Below, one piece after another: positions 39,925 to 52,710 of a DNA stretch of 64,000 nt. The notes under the pieces were generated by a model. The model searched no databases, was not told the DNA's origin, and saw only the letters and a list, made by a program, of their open reading frames with translations. Both the position numbers and the translations under genes were made by a program. The DNA lies in the NCBI GenBank assembly GCA_964016885.1, contig OZ024741.1, positions 319,176,001 through 319,240,000 on the forward strand, written 5' to 3'. Every line of letters starts with the position of its first letter. Position 1 is the stretch's first letter. The stretch is from Eledone cirrhosa (taxonomy: Eukaryota).

Positions 39925-42028
39925 TACTGAATGGTGTCATACTGAATGATAGGTGCAACAGAATCATTGTCAACTGCTACAAGGGTAAAGGAGATGCACT
40001 AGATAGAGGAAACTATAGAAGCATCAAAATGATGGACAAGGTCATGAAAGTAACAGAAACAGTTATAGCACAGTAGATTAGGGACCGAGTTAACCTAGAT
40101 GAGATGCAGTTTGGATTTGTGCCAGGTAAAAGCACCTCAGATGCTCTCTTCCTTGTGAAGCACCTTCTGGAGAAGTACTTAGAAAAAAGTAAGATGCTCT
40201 ACTTGGCATTTGTTGATCTTGAGAAAGCTTTTGACAGAGTCCCTGATGTCATAATCTGGTAGGCTCTTAGAAAACTAGGAGTAGAAGAGTGACTTGTGAA
40301 GGCTGTACAAGCCATGTATAGGGGAACAGTCAGCAAAGTTAGGATTAATAACAACTATAGCGAGGAATTTACCATGCAGGTTGGCAACCACCAGGGCTCT
40401 GTTCTTAGCTCTCTCCTGTTTATTACTATTCTGCAGGTTATAACAGAGGATTTTAAAACCGGCTGCCTATGGGAAGATAATCTTATACTCATAGCTGAAT
40501 CTATGGCAAAATTAAAGAAGAAATTCCCAAACTGGGAGCATGGTCTAGAAACAAAGGGTCTTAAAGTCAACCTGACAAAGACTAAGGTCATTGTAAGTAA
40601 AAGGTAAAACAGAGCTGTGATACCCTTGGGGAAATGGCCTTGCTCAATGTGTAGGAAAGGTATAGGTAGAAATTCCATCAACTGTCCCAATTGCAAACTA
40701 TGGGTACACAAGAGATTTAGTGGGATCTCAAGAAAGTTGGTTTTACATGTAGCCGTTTTACACGTAGCTGTTGCACCAGAGCAGTAAGCAGCAAATGACC
40801 ACAGGAAACTAGGAAGGTTTGGTAGAAGTGGTAGACAGCTTCTGCTACCTAGGTGACCAAATTAGCAGTGGAGGTGGGTGTTCTGAAAGTACAGTAGCCT
40901 GAGTGAGGATGGGTGGAAGAAGTTCAGGGAGTTACTACCATTGCTAGCTACAAAAGACTTTTCCCTCAAAATGAAAGGCAGATTGAATGATGCATGTATA
41001 CAAGCAGCAACGTTGCATGGTAGTGAGGCCTCGGCGCTGTTTGCAGAAGACTTATGAAGATGGGAAAGGAATGAAGCTTGCATACTTCGATGGATGTGTA
41101 ATAGCAATATAAGTGAACAGCAAAGCATAAATGAACTGAAAGAGACACTAGGCATAAGAGGAATCAGATGTAGTGTACAGGAGAGGAGATTGCATAAGTA
41201 TGGACATGTGATGCCTATGAAGGATGACAGCTGTATAAAAAGATGCAGAGCAGAGTGCTCAAAGTTGGTGGAAGCAATGGAGTAGGAAGACCCAGGAAGA
41301 CTTGCGGTGAGGTAATAAAAGCTGACCTTGCAAAATTGCACCTCTCAAAGGTGATGATACAGGACCAGAATCTCTGGCATTATGCAGTAATACAGAAGGC
41401 CCGACTTCTCATGAGCACAGGCTGAAGCATACATATAGTATGCAGCTCCACCCCACTCCCATATACCGCCCATCATCATAGGCTGAAGTATACATCTGGT
41501 ATGCATCACCTTCACTATCATACACCTCTTCCACATACCTCCCATGTCCTAACATGCCACACCTCACACATGCCCATACGTCTTAACACTCTGCCCCTCA
41601 TACATGTTCATATACCTACTTCCTTAATCCCCACACACCCTTCCCACCAAAGCACCCAACCCACACTGTAAAGTGGTTGTGATGGCAACATGACAAAAAG
41701 CACCTAACCCACACTGTAAAGTGGTTGTGATAGTGACACAACAAAAAAGACCCAGCCCACACTGTAAGGTGGTCATGTAGGTGTCACAACAAAAGGCACC
41801 CAGTCCACACTGTAAAGTGGTCATGCAGGTGTCATGACAAAAAGTACCCAGTACTCATTGAAAATATGGTTAGCATTAGAAAGGGCATCAAGCCATAGAA
41901 ACCAAGCCAAAATCAGTTCTGTATGAGCAAGACATGATCACCTGACTCTGACTTGCCTCAAATAGGACAACCTGTCTAATCCATGGTAGCGTGGAAAATG
42001 GACATTAAACGGTGATGATGAGGATGAT
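39925..42028 (+). mobile_element. 5'-truncated RTE family A-like LINE with 48-bp repeat array in 3' UTR
   Basis: RT, PHD and thumb remnants; about 5 x 48-bp repeats at 41650-41860; (GAT)n tail. Confidence 0.9.
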
Positions 42029-42555
42029 TTTATATATACATATATAACGAAGGAAGTGTGGAAAGGAACCAGGTGGACCATAATGCACCAGAGTACTCAA
42101 TACTTAGGGTAGTAGAGTAGGTAATAGGAAAAGAATCAGGACCTTTGTCGAAACAGCTGGAGCTCAGCCGTCGGGGTCTTGACTCTTTCTCTCTCTCTCT
42201 GTATGTATATATATATATATATATATACATATTTAATTTCCCTCCGTAACAGATGTACCTCTGATTGTAAGTTGAATGTTTCTGTATTTCTTGTATATTA
42301 TGTATATATCATGTATATTTAATATATTAGCAGCAATTGCACCATAGTGCACAAGATGCAGAGAAGAAACCAGCGATTTGGTTCGGGCTGAATTGTTTAA
42401 CACCTGCACATAGTCCCGGACTTACTACTAATAACAAAATGTGTCTGCTCTGAATCACGGATGGACATTTCGAAAATGCAAGTCCCTGAATCCAGTGAGC
42501 GAGTGGGAAATTTCGGCGTACTCGTACAAAATCAGTTTGACTAGTTCGAAGCCCT

Positions 42556-42588
<33 letters not shown>

Positions 42589-42687
42589 TTAGCTCCCTAA
42601 TTTGTATTGGGAGCAGGGGCAACCACAGTTAAAAAGGGAACTCAATATGTTGGTAGAGTACAGGCATCTTTATTAGGTATAGAAATG

Positions 42688-42733
42688 ACCTCTACAGGAC
42701 TAGAACTGTTTCATTCGTATGAATTCATCAGGA
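42688..42733 (-). ncRNA. Hammerhead ribozyme core in a fold-back hairpin (42666-42801)
   Basis: CTGATGA-ATTC/ATAC/GAAT-GAAA-CAG/TTCTAGTC/CTG-TA; stem I truncated by the hairpin apex. Confidence 0.65.
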
Positions 42734-42799
42734 CATTCCTGATGATTTCATATGAACAAACAGTTCTAGTACTGTAGAAATCAACTCTATATAATAAAG

Positions 42800-42839
<40 letters not shown>

Positions 42840-44034
42840 CATACACACACACTCATACATAATATATATATATATTAGAACTTGAATTTCTAGAAACATT
42901 AATAAGACAGATTAAAGTTAGAGTGTGAGAACCACTCAGAAGTTGTTTCATATTTATGAAGCTTTGCTTTTCAAGATCGTTGATCATCAGATATTTAAAG
43001 TACCCTGCTGTAAAACTATAACCTAGATAAATGAGAATATACATGTTTATTATCCATACTGGACCCATATATATTTTCTTTTCTTAAATTCCCTGATATT
43101 TAGCTGTTTCTCTTACAATGTTTATATTGATCTAAAAACCACCCATGATAATTTTCTGCCAAAAACATTTGTTAAGTTATATTCCAAACACCAGATAAAT
43201 AATGAGAAAGTTAGTTTTATTACTTAATCCTTCAAATTTCTGGATTCTCTTGAAAGTGATTTGAAAATTAATGCCTTTCATTAGAAATAGTAAGAAAAAC
43301 AATTTTATGTAAGAACATTTCTTAAGTTATGTTCCAAACGCCACCTAAATACTCTTTTGATAACAAACTGTTCTATCATATAAAAGTTTATTTTAAAGTT
43401 ATTATGTTTATCTTAAAAAACTTCCAGTATAATTTTATGTAAGAACCTTTATGTTGTGTTCCAAGCTCCAGATAAATAACATGAAAGTTACTTATATTAT
43501 TTAATACCTCAAAATTCTTGAGTATTTTCATAATCATTTGAAAACTACAGACCATGTCTTTCATTAGAAATATGACAACAAAAGTGTTAATATTAACATT
43601 TAATGAAGCTAACATTAAAAAAGCCTAACTAGAAATAATTAAGCAGCGATGAGAAACAATAGATAAATATAGGTCAATGAATAATATTTTAATTATTCTG
43701 ATGTAGAAATAGTAGGACGGGAAATAAATATTTTCCACTAGTTCACAGCAAATTACACTATTTAACATTATTTACAATAACTTACACAGTGAAATAAATG
43801 TCCACAGATAAGTTGGATTCGTTTACTCAAGCCCTAACTCTCATCTACTTATCACTGATACCCTTCAGATATCTGAATAAAAAGATCAAAGGTGACACAT
43901 AATAATCTAGTAAAATTGACATTAATGAGTGAGAGTAGGAACTAAGATTACAATTGCAAATAATATAATCATTATATAGATATATCTAGGGAGTTATATT
44001 ACAATAACAACTACAGATAATACAATTATGGTAT

Positions 44035-44740
44035 ACAGGGTAGCTCAGTTCTTTAAGGAGATTTGCATAAATATGGTATAAGAGACACAAGTAATGAAAG
44101 AAGAGCTTCATTTGAGAAAATATTGGCATGAATAATCTTGAGACTCATCTTGACACATCTACTCAATGCATCCACTGTTAGCATCGAAGACTGCTTCAAT
44201 ATGAGGTCTGAAACGTTGAGATGCCCAAACCAGATGCTCTTTATCTATTTTGGACAACTTCAGAGATTTTATAGTGTTATCATGGTGTTGATTGACTTCC
44301 TTCTCGACTACACCTCATATGTAGTAGTTCAACAGATTCAGGTCTGGAGAGCTAGGAGGCCATATGTTTGGGGTAACATAATTGTGGAGATTGTAACTCA
44401 TCCACTCGTGGAGCGTCTTGGCCTAATGATACAGCATAGAGTTTTATTGGTAGGTGTACAATCTTCCTTTGCTCAGGCTCATTATCCCAGGCATCACAAC
44501 CCTCTCCAACAGTTTCTCATAATCAGCAGCATTTACCCTTAAGAACTGAAAAAAGAAGTGTGGAGGCATGACACCTCTCTCATTGCTCATGACTCCCAGA
44601 ACCTTCACAGTTGCCAGAAAATTTGTGCGCATGACTGTTGAAATATCTGTAGGGTCTCTGCATATGCATAACCATCTGTCATTCCTTTCGTTGACCTTTT
44701 GGTCTTGATCAATTATTTTTCCCATCAGAGAAAACCATTT
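44035..44740 (-). mobile_element. Tc1/mariner-superfamily (maT/DD37D-like) transposase remnant
   Basis: NERNDRWL, GVMPPHFF, WPPSSPDLN motifs; TA|CAGGGT terminus at about 44035. Confidence 0.75.
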
Positions 44741-44789
44741 GGTTTCCTCCACCATATGCCACATAGTTTTTCTAAGACTAGAAACTAAG

Positions 44790-45390
44790 AGCTCAAATAT
44801 GACAAGGATGAAATTTGGCCTGAGATGTTAAAAGCCTTAAATATAGAAGGTATTCTCTGGTTGACTCATGTGTACCAGGTGACTAGGATCTCTGGAAAGG
44901 CACCTAAACAATGGCAATTGGGAGTGTTAATCCCAATTTTTAAGAAGGGAGACAAGAGATTGCTCTAATTATAGAGGGATCTTCCTGTTATGCCACCCTA
45001 GTAAAGTCTATGCTAAGTGTCTGGTAAAGAGATGTAGGGACATTGTTGAGTTCAAGCTAGATGATGAACAGTGGGGTTTTCACTCTGGACACAGCACAGT
45101 TCACTAAATATTCACATCTGGCAGATCTTTAAGAAATTGTGAGTGTATTGCCAAGAGGTGTATGCTTGTTTCATAGACCACAAAAAGGCATATGACTGTG
45201 TTCCATGGGACCTGTTGTGGAAGGGTTCTGCTGTAATATGAGGTCAACGGATAGCTTTTTGTTGCTCTGATGTCTTTCTAGTATTTGTGTTCTGATAAAT
45301 GGTGCTGTCAAAACCATTCAATGTGGTTGTCAGGCTCCACCAAGAGTGTGTATTGTCACCTCTCCTGTTCATAATCTTCATGGACAGGAT
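44790..45390 (+). mobile_element. Degraded RT fragment of a third RTE-like family
   Basis: PKQWQLGVLIPIFKKGD, KAYDCVP and LHQECVLSPLLFIIFMDRI remnants. Confidence 0.7.
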
Positions 45391-46424
45391 TGAATCAGTG
45401 TTGCGACGAATGGAATTTATTGGACATATTACAATTGTTTCTCTGGCGACCAGCTCGAGGCACGATCGATGTGATGATCGAACCTGACTCTGAAAATTGC
45501 AAGGTCCTCAGATACGTCTTGATTCTACGAAGCAAATTTTCCTATGTCCTTTTACATCGCTATACTTCGCTTGTCGGCTTAGATCCTGTTGTTGTCATTC
45601 TAAGAGTGGTCAAGAATTGTACACGTCATCGGTATTTCTAGCCACTCATGGTTGTCCACTATTTGGTTCTTTTTATTCTCCACCTGTCAATCAAAGTTGT
45701 TTCTTAGGTCGGGATTACTACTGTGGTGGGTAAGGGGTTGTATGCTTGAATGCTGGTGGCACTTTTGGTAAATATACACATATCTACACTCACACACTGT
45801 ACTCAGAGAAGCGTGTACAGTTAAGACGCTGCACATATATACACAGATGAAAAAAAGAAAGATCTACACATAGGCATTCATACCCTCACACAGACATGTT
45901 CATACAATTACATCCACCCAGACATGTGCATACACGTGCGCATGCATATCTGCGTGGACGCACATACATACATGTACCCGTGCACGCTCATATCGAGGGC
46001 GCATACTTGATGAATACCCTCCCGTCCGTATACACACGTGCAGCTGTGCACATGGTGCACATAGTATTATATGGGACAACGATCTTGAGGCTTGGCCCCA
46101 ACCCTATCATGTGGTGATATAAGCCCGAAAGTGCATGCACAATATTCATAAATGTTATAGCCACATAGTATGCTTGCACTAATCACAAATAACTTGGGTG
46201 GCATATATATATATATATATATATAGAAAAATGCCTGTATGTACATAAAATAAAATAATATAAAATAAAATAATATAAAATAAAATAAAATATAGAATAA
46301 AATAAAATAAAATAAAATGCTGGAAAAAGGAATGTATACATGACAAGGATGCAGAGGGGGGCTGGACATTATTGGGGTGTGTGTAAAGTTGCATAAAATA
46401 CTGTTTATATATATATATATATAT

Positions 46425-46765
46425 GGAGGCACATGGGTTAGTGGTTAGAACATTGGCCTTGCAATCGAAAGGTTGTGAGTTCAATTCTCAGACCAGGTGA
46501 TGTGTTGTTTCCTTGAGCAAGACACTTTATTTCACATTGCTCCAGTTTACTCAGCTGTAGAAATGAGATGATAGGGACTGGGGTCCATATCACTCTACTG
46601 CAAAGTGGTCGTGGAGGTGCCATGGCAAAAAAGCACCCAGCACTCACTGTAAATGAGGTAGGTGTTAAGAAGGGCATCCAGCTGTAGAAATCAAGCCAGA
46701 ATCAGTTCCCGTCCCACCCTTGCAAGCAAAGAAAAGCGGACGTATGATGATGATGATGATGATGA
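46425..46765 (+). mobile_element. SINE family B
   Basis: Near-identical to 29105-29450. Confidence 0.9.
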
Positions 46766-47389
46766 TATATAAACATATATATATATATATATATAAACAT
46801 ATTGCTAATTAGGTCACCTAGTTAGTTTCTAAAGTGACCTAATTGTGGAAGCAGTTGTTCTGAAAGCACAGTAGCTAGAATAAGAACAGAATGGAAAAAA
46901 TTCAAGGAACTACTAATCCTGTTGATAACAAAGGTTTACTCTTTACTAGAAAAATGTGTGTGATGTTGCATGGCAAGTGACATGGTTGGTAAATGCTGAA
47001 GATACTCAGAGGCTGGAAAGAAATGAAGCAAACGTGCTCTGTTGGATGTGCAATGTTAATGTTCTTGAACGATGGGGGTGGATAAGTTGGGAGAAAAGCT
47101 GTGAATAAAATAAATCAGATGTAATGTGCAAGAGAGAAGACTGTGCTGGTATGAACATGTGATGTGTATGATCTCAGTGGATGGAAGTTAAAATAGAGGA
47201 AAACATACATACACATATATACACATATATATATGCATACATATACACATATATATATACATATATATATACACATATATATATATACATACATATACAC
47301 ATATATACATATATATATATATACATACATATATATATATATATACATATACACATATATATATATATACATATACACATATATATATA

Positions 47390-50300
47390 CATCATCATCA
47401 TCATCATCATCAACGTTTAACGTCCGTGTTCCACGCTTGCATGGGTTTGGATGGGGGTAGTCCCACTTGAGGCAAGAGTGATTTTCTTGCTTGCATAGGA
47501 CTGTCTGGCAGGTTTTCTACAGTTGGATGCCCTTCCTAACACCAACCACATTTACAGTGTGGGTCTGGGAGGTTTTTACCGTGTTACCTACACGGCCACA
47601 TTACAGCGCGGACTGTGTGTTTTTTTGTCGTGACACCTACACGATCTCATTTGTTTCGGCCTGGATGGTGCGGCACCAACATAACTTTACATAGAACGGG
47701 GTGGTGGGACGGGGTGTATTTTGTTAGAGATGCCTACTGGCAAGGCGGGTCTTCTCTATTACTGAGTACCGCCAAAGGTCTCGGTCCAGTGACATTGTCT
47801 TGGTGAGGTGTAAGTGTGTGAGGTCGGAGTTTATCAGCTCGTCCCAGGTTTTTCTGGGTCTGCCTATTCCGTGGCTACCGTCTATCTTTATTGCCCTGCA
47901 CTTTGTTATACAGCTATCATCCTTCATGCGCATTACGTGACCATACCAACGTAGCCTTCTCTCTAGTAAACAACATCTGATCCCTCTTATTTCTAATTTT
48001 TTCCTTAGTTCGTTTATGCTTTGTCGTTCACGTATATTACTATTACACATCCAGCGGAGCATGCAAGCTTCGTTTCTCTCTAGTCTGCGTATATCCTCTG
48101 CACACAATGCTCAGGTCTCACTGCCATGCAACATTGCTGTTCGTATGCAGGCATCGTACAGCCTGCCTTTCATTTTTAGGGAGAACCCTTTAGCGGCTAA
48201 TAGTGGTATAAGCTCTCTGAACTTTTTCCACCCAGTTCTGACTCTAGCTACTGTACTTTCAGAGCACCCTCCCCCACTGCTGATTTTGTCACCCAGGTAA
48301 CGGAAGCTGTCCACTATTTCTATAGAACCCTCTGCGCAGTTGAAAGAGCTAGTATTTTGTGGGCACTTGCTGCTACTTATATCCCCAGAACACCGGCCAC
48401 ATGTAAAATCTATGTTCTTAGTTAGCTTACCTGTGATCCCACTACATCTTTTATGCACCCAAACTTTGCATTTGGGACACAAAATGGAATTTCTACCTAC
48501 GCCTTTCCTACACTCTGCGCATGGCCACTTCCCGGAGGGGACCGCCGCCTTATTTTCTTTCTTACAAACTAGAACTTTAGTCTTAGCTAGGTTAATTTTA
48601 AGGCCTTTTGATTCTAGGCCGTGCTTCCATGTTTGGAATTTCTTCTCTAGCTCGGCCATTGATTCAGCTATGAGCATTAGATCATCTGCGTATAGGAGTT
48701 CCCATGGGCAGCCGGTCTTGAACTCCACTGTTATAGCCTGGAGGGCAATAATAAATAGTAGGGGGCTAAGAACAGAGCCCTGATGAACACCAACTTTTAC
48801 ACTAAACTCTTCACTATATTCGTTGTTAATTCTAACCTTGCTAACTGTTTCTTTATACATGGCTTGTATAGCTCTCACAAGCCATTCATCAACACCTAGT
48901 TTTCTAAGAGCCCACCAGATAATGGAACGGGGGACTCTGTCGAAGGCCTTCTCCAAGTCGACGAAAGCTAAGTATAGGGGTTTACTTTTAGCTAGGTACT
49001 TCTCCTGTAGTTGTCGTACAATGAAAAGAGCGTCTGTGGTACTTTTTCCTGACACAAACCCGAACTGCATTTCATCTAGATCAATTCGCTCTCTGATTAG
49101 TTGCGCTATAACTTTTTCTGTGACCTTCATGACCTGGTCGATTAATTTAATGCCTCTATAGTTACTCCTATCTAGGGCATCTCCTTTACCCTTATAACAG
49201 TTAACGATAATGCTGCTGCGCCAGTCCTTCGGAACAACCCCATTCTGTATGACTTGGTTGACTATCTGGGTGACCATGGTGTGTCCCACCGTACCAGATG
49301 CCTTCAGCATCTCGGCAACTATTTCCGAAGGCCCAGCCGCCTTGCCTGTCTTCATATCTTTGATTGCCTTACTTATTATACTACCCTCGACTAACACTGC
49401 TGGTCCCTCTATTGGGTCGATGTGGGGGAGACTGTCTTTCTCCCATTTATTCTCCTCATTTAGTAGCCTTTCATAGTGACACTTCCAAGCTACCTTCTTA
49501 TCGGCGTCGGTGATGGCAAGTATGCCGTCATCGTTAAGTACACACTTCTCCCCGACAATATCACTGTTTTCCTTGACACATTGCCTAGCAATCCTGAACA
49601 CCTCACGTTTTTGGTCATCGCGTTGTAGAACATGCTTGAACTTTCTTTCCTCTGCTTCCCTTCTTGCGAAGTACACTTGTCTCCTAGCTTCCCTCCTGGC
49701 CACTTGATAGTCTTCTCTGCTTCCCCCATCCCGCCATACTTTCCAAGCCTGCTTTTTGGCCTTAATTGACCCCTCCACCTTACTGTTCCACCACCATGTT
49801 ACTCTCCTCCTGCCTACAGGCCTGCTCCAGCCACAGACTTCGTCTGCCGCCATCAGCAGGTTTGCTTTCAGGAATTCCCACTGTTCCTCTACGTTGTACG
49901 TCTCTAATTGCTCTTCCTCACTGTCGAAAGCATCAAGTAATATGCTTTGGAATTTATTTTTGGCTGTGGGGTCCTTTAGCTTCCATATTTTTCTCCTGAG
50001 GATAGTCCTCTTCTGTTGTCTAGTACGTCTCGTCCTGACTATTAGGTCGCTAATTATCAGTCTATGTTGGGAAGTGCATTCTTCATGGGGGAGGGATTTA
50101 GTGTTTACGACAGTCACTTTGTCACGTCTTCTGGTAAGGATATAATCTACCTGGCTAGTAGATTCCCCTGATCTGTAGGTGATCAAGTGATTGTCTCGTT
50201 TTTTGAAGTTAGTGTTGCAGATAGTTAGGTTATTTGCGTCGCAGAATTCCAGGATTCTGGAGCCTTCCTCATTTCTAGTACCAAACCCATAGCCTCCATG

Positions 50301-51600
50301 GATTTCGTCGTAGCCGTCACAATGTTGTCCAACGTGACCGTTTAGGTCGCCTGCAATAATTATATAGTCACTGTCGGTTATTTGGGAGGTAGTGAGCATC
50401 AGTGTCTCATAGAATCTGTCTTTTATAGTGCCGGGCAGTCCGGATTGGGGTGCGTACGCGGATATTACTGTCACCGTAGTTCTATTGAGGACAAGTCTTA
50501 TTTTAATTATTCTGTCGTTCACTCTATTTACGTCTATTATCTTATCTGCCCACTTTTCTGCTACCATGATTCCTACTCCACCCAGCCCATTGTCGTTTCC
50601 CACCCAGAAAAGCTTATAGCATCGTTTTCTACCCACAATGTATCTAGCAGATCCACCCCTCCACCTGGTCTCTTGGATACAACAAACATCGACCTCCTTA
50701 CGTTCAAGCATTTCTACAACCTCGTTAGAGCGACCCTTTAAGGTACCTACATTCAAGGTACCAAATCTGAAGTTTGGGATTGCGTTTGGGGGGTTGGAAA
50801 GGTGGGGAGCGGGGGGAGATGGGGTTATGTTAGCCATCTGCGGCCGAAACAAAGAGGCATGCTCGCATTTTCGTCCTCGAGGTGTGATTGTCTTTAACTT
50901 TGGCATTGTCGCTGAGCGTCCAGATTTTTCTCTCTTCAACTCTCCGGAACTCCGTAGTCCTTCCATCCTACATATCGAAGGCGACCAGGTAAACGATAGT
51001 ATAGGCCTCTGGCTTATGATTGGTCCACGTGATAATAATGGTGGTGTGTGGGGGCAGGAGGGAGGGGTGTTGAGTTGTGAGCGAGAAGATAGGTTTTAAG
51101 TGAGAACCCCGTATTAACGAACAAAAATACAAGATTTGTTTAGTAAATATACGACAAAAACTCCGTATCTTTACAATCATGACAGAACTACAAGAGATTT
51201 GTTTTGGAAAATACATGGGGAATGGAAAGAGGATAGAAAAAATGCTGTTGGAAGGGCTGACTACGGAGTTAGGCGTATGTTAGAAGAGGTGGAAAAATGA
51301 GTACATTACATTTTAACCATGAATGGATGAAGTTACAGCCACAAGTTTGGCGAAAGTGAATTACTTTGTCTTATATGTGTATCTGGGTTGGGTAGAGAGA
51401 GAGAGAGAGAGAGGGGTGGGTGGTGGTGGTGGTGATTTGACCGCATGTTGTAGAGTGTGGTGGATGGGAAGGAGATATTAAGGAGCGGGAATAAGAGTTT
51501 GAAATAGTAACATATATTGAAATATTGTTAAGAGTTTGAAGTAACAAATATATTTAAAATATTTGTATATGAGAAGATAGGTTTTAAGTGAGAACCCCGA
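47390..51600 (-). mobile_element. Full-length young RTE family A LINE (APE-RT with inserted PHD finger)
   Basis: 951-aa ORF plus in-frame C-terminal ORF separated by one TGA; long 3' UTR and (GAT)n tail; flanked by (TA/CA)n. The 5' boundary (51111 or 51599) is uncertain. Confidence 0.95.
47724..50966 (-). pseudogene. RTE endonuclease-reverse transcriptase ORF with a single in-frame UGA (48111-48113)
   Basis: TLNVGTL, IQETRW, AGDLNGH, QVDYIL, NYRGIKL, FVDLEKAFD, GVHQGS, YADD, SFRYLG, GRPRKTW. Confidence 0.95.
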
Positions 51601-52124
51601 TATATATATATATACATATACACATATATATATACATATATATATATATATACATATACACATATATATATATATATACATACATATATATATATATACA
51701 TACATATATATATATATACATACATATACATATATATACATACATATACACATATATATATACATACATATACACATATATATACACATATATATATATA
51801 CATACATATACACATATATATACACATACATATACACATATATATACACATACATATACACATATATATATACACATACATATACACATATATATATACA
51901 CATACATATATACACATACATATATATATATATATATATGCATGCATATATATAAACATGCATGATGGCTGCCACCTCATTATCGAGTATGGTCATTGCA
52001 CGATAAAAAAAATACACATATACATATTAATAATTATACACACATACACACATACACATATTAATAATTAATTGTTTCCACTTTAGGCACAAGGCCAGCA
52101 ATTACCCAGTGCATTACTGGTACT

Positions 52125-52292
52125 AGTACTGTAAAGTGGTTGTGGAGGTGCCACAGCAAAAAAGCACCCAGCACTCACTGTAAATGAGGTTGGTGTTAGG
52201 AAGGGCATCCAGCTGTAGAAATCAAGCCAGAATCAGTTCCCGTCCCACCCTTGCAAGCAGGGAAAAGTGGACGTAAAATGAAATGATGATGA
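52125..52292 (+). mobile_element. SINE family B 3' half
   Basis: Same body and tail as 29270-29430. Confidence 0.85.
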
Positions 52293-52361
52293 TAAACATA
52301 CATTTATATATATACATACATATACATACATATGCATATACATACATATATATACATACAG

Positions 52362-52392
<31 letters not shown>

Positions 52393-52439
52393 CACAAATA
52401 TATACATACAGATATATATATATACATATATATACATAC

Positions 52440-52482
<43 letters not shown>

Positions 52483-52639
52483 GATATATATATATACATA
52501 TACATACAGATATGTAGGAGGTGAGTTTTATTGTAGTACAATAAAGCAATGCAGATATCGGATAAGAAGCACTCTACAGTTTGTAGGACTGGAGTATACA
52601 TAATATATAAGAACAAAAGATGGTTAAAAGAGTTCCATG

Positions 52640-52710
52640 TATTTTATTATGCGCATTTCAAAAACAAATATCATCATGCAATAATATTTGTGTTTTCATC
52701 AGATAAAACA
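52640..52710 (-). ncRNA. Minimal type-I hammerhead ribozyme (inverted arm copy)
   Basis: Reverse complement of 54592-54662. Confidence 0.85.

Noticed and set aside
42950-43000. Minus-strand CTGATGA...GAAA-AGCAAAGCT-TC hammerhead candidate
   Set aside because: Stem III fits, but stem II cannot close and stem I is only 3 bp
46080-46145. GGCTT..AAGCC-CGAAA-GTGCATGCAC ribozyme-like fold
   Set aside because: No CUGANGA box and no UH cleavage site
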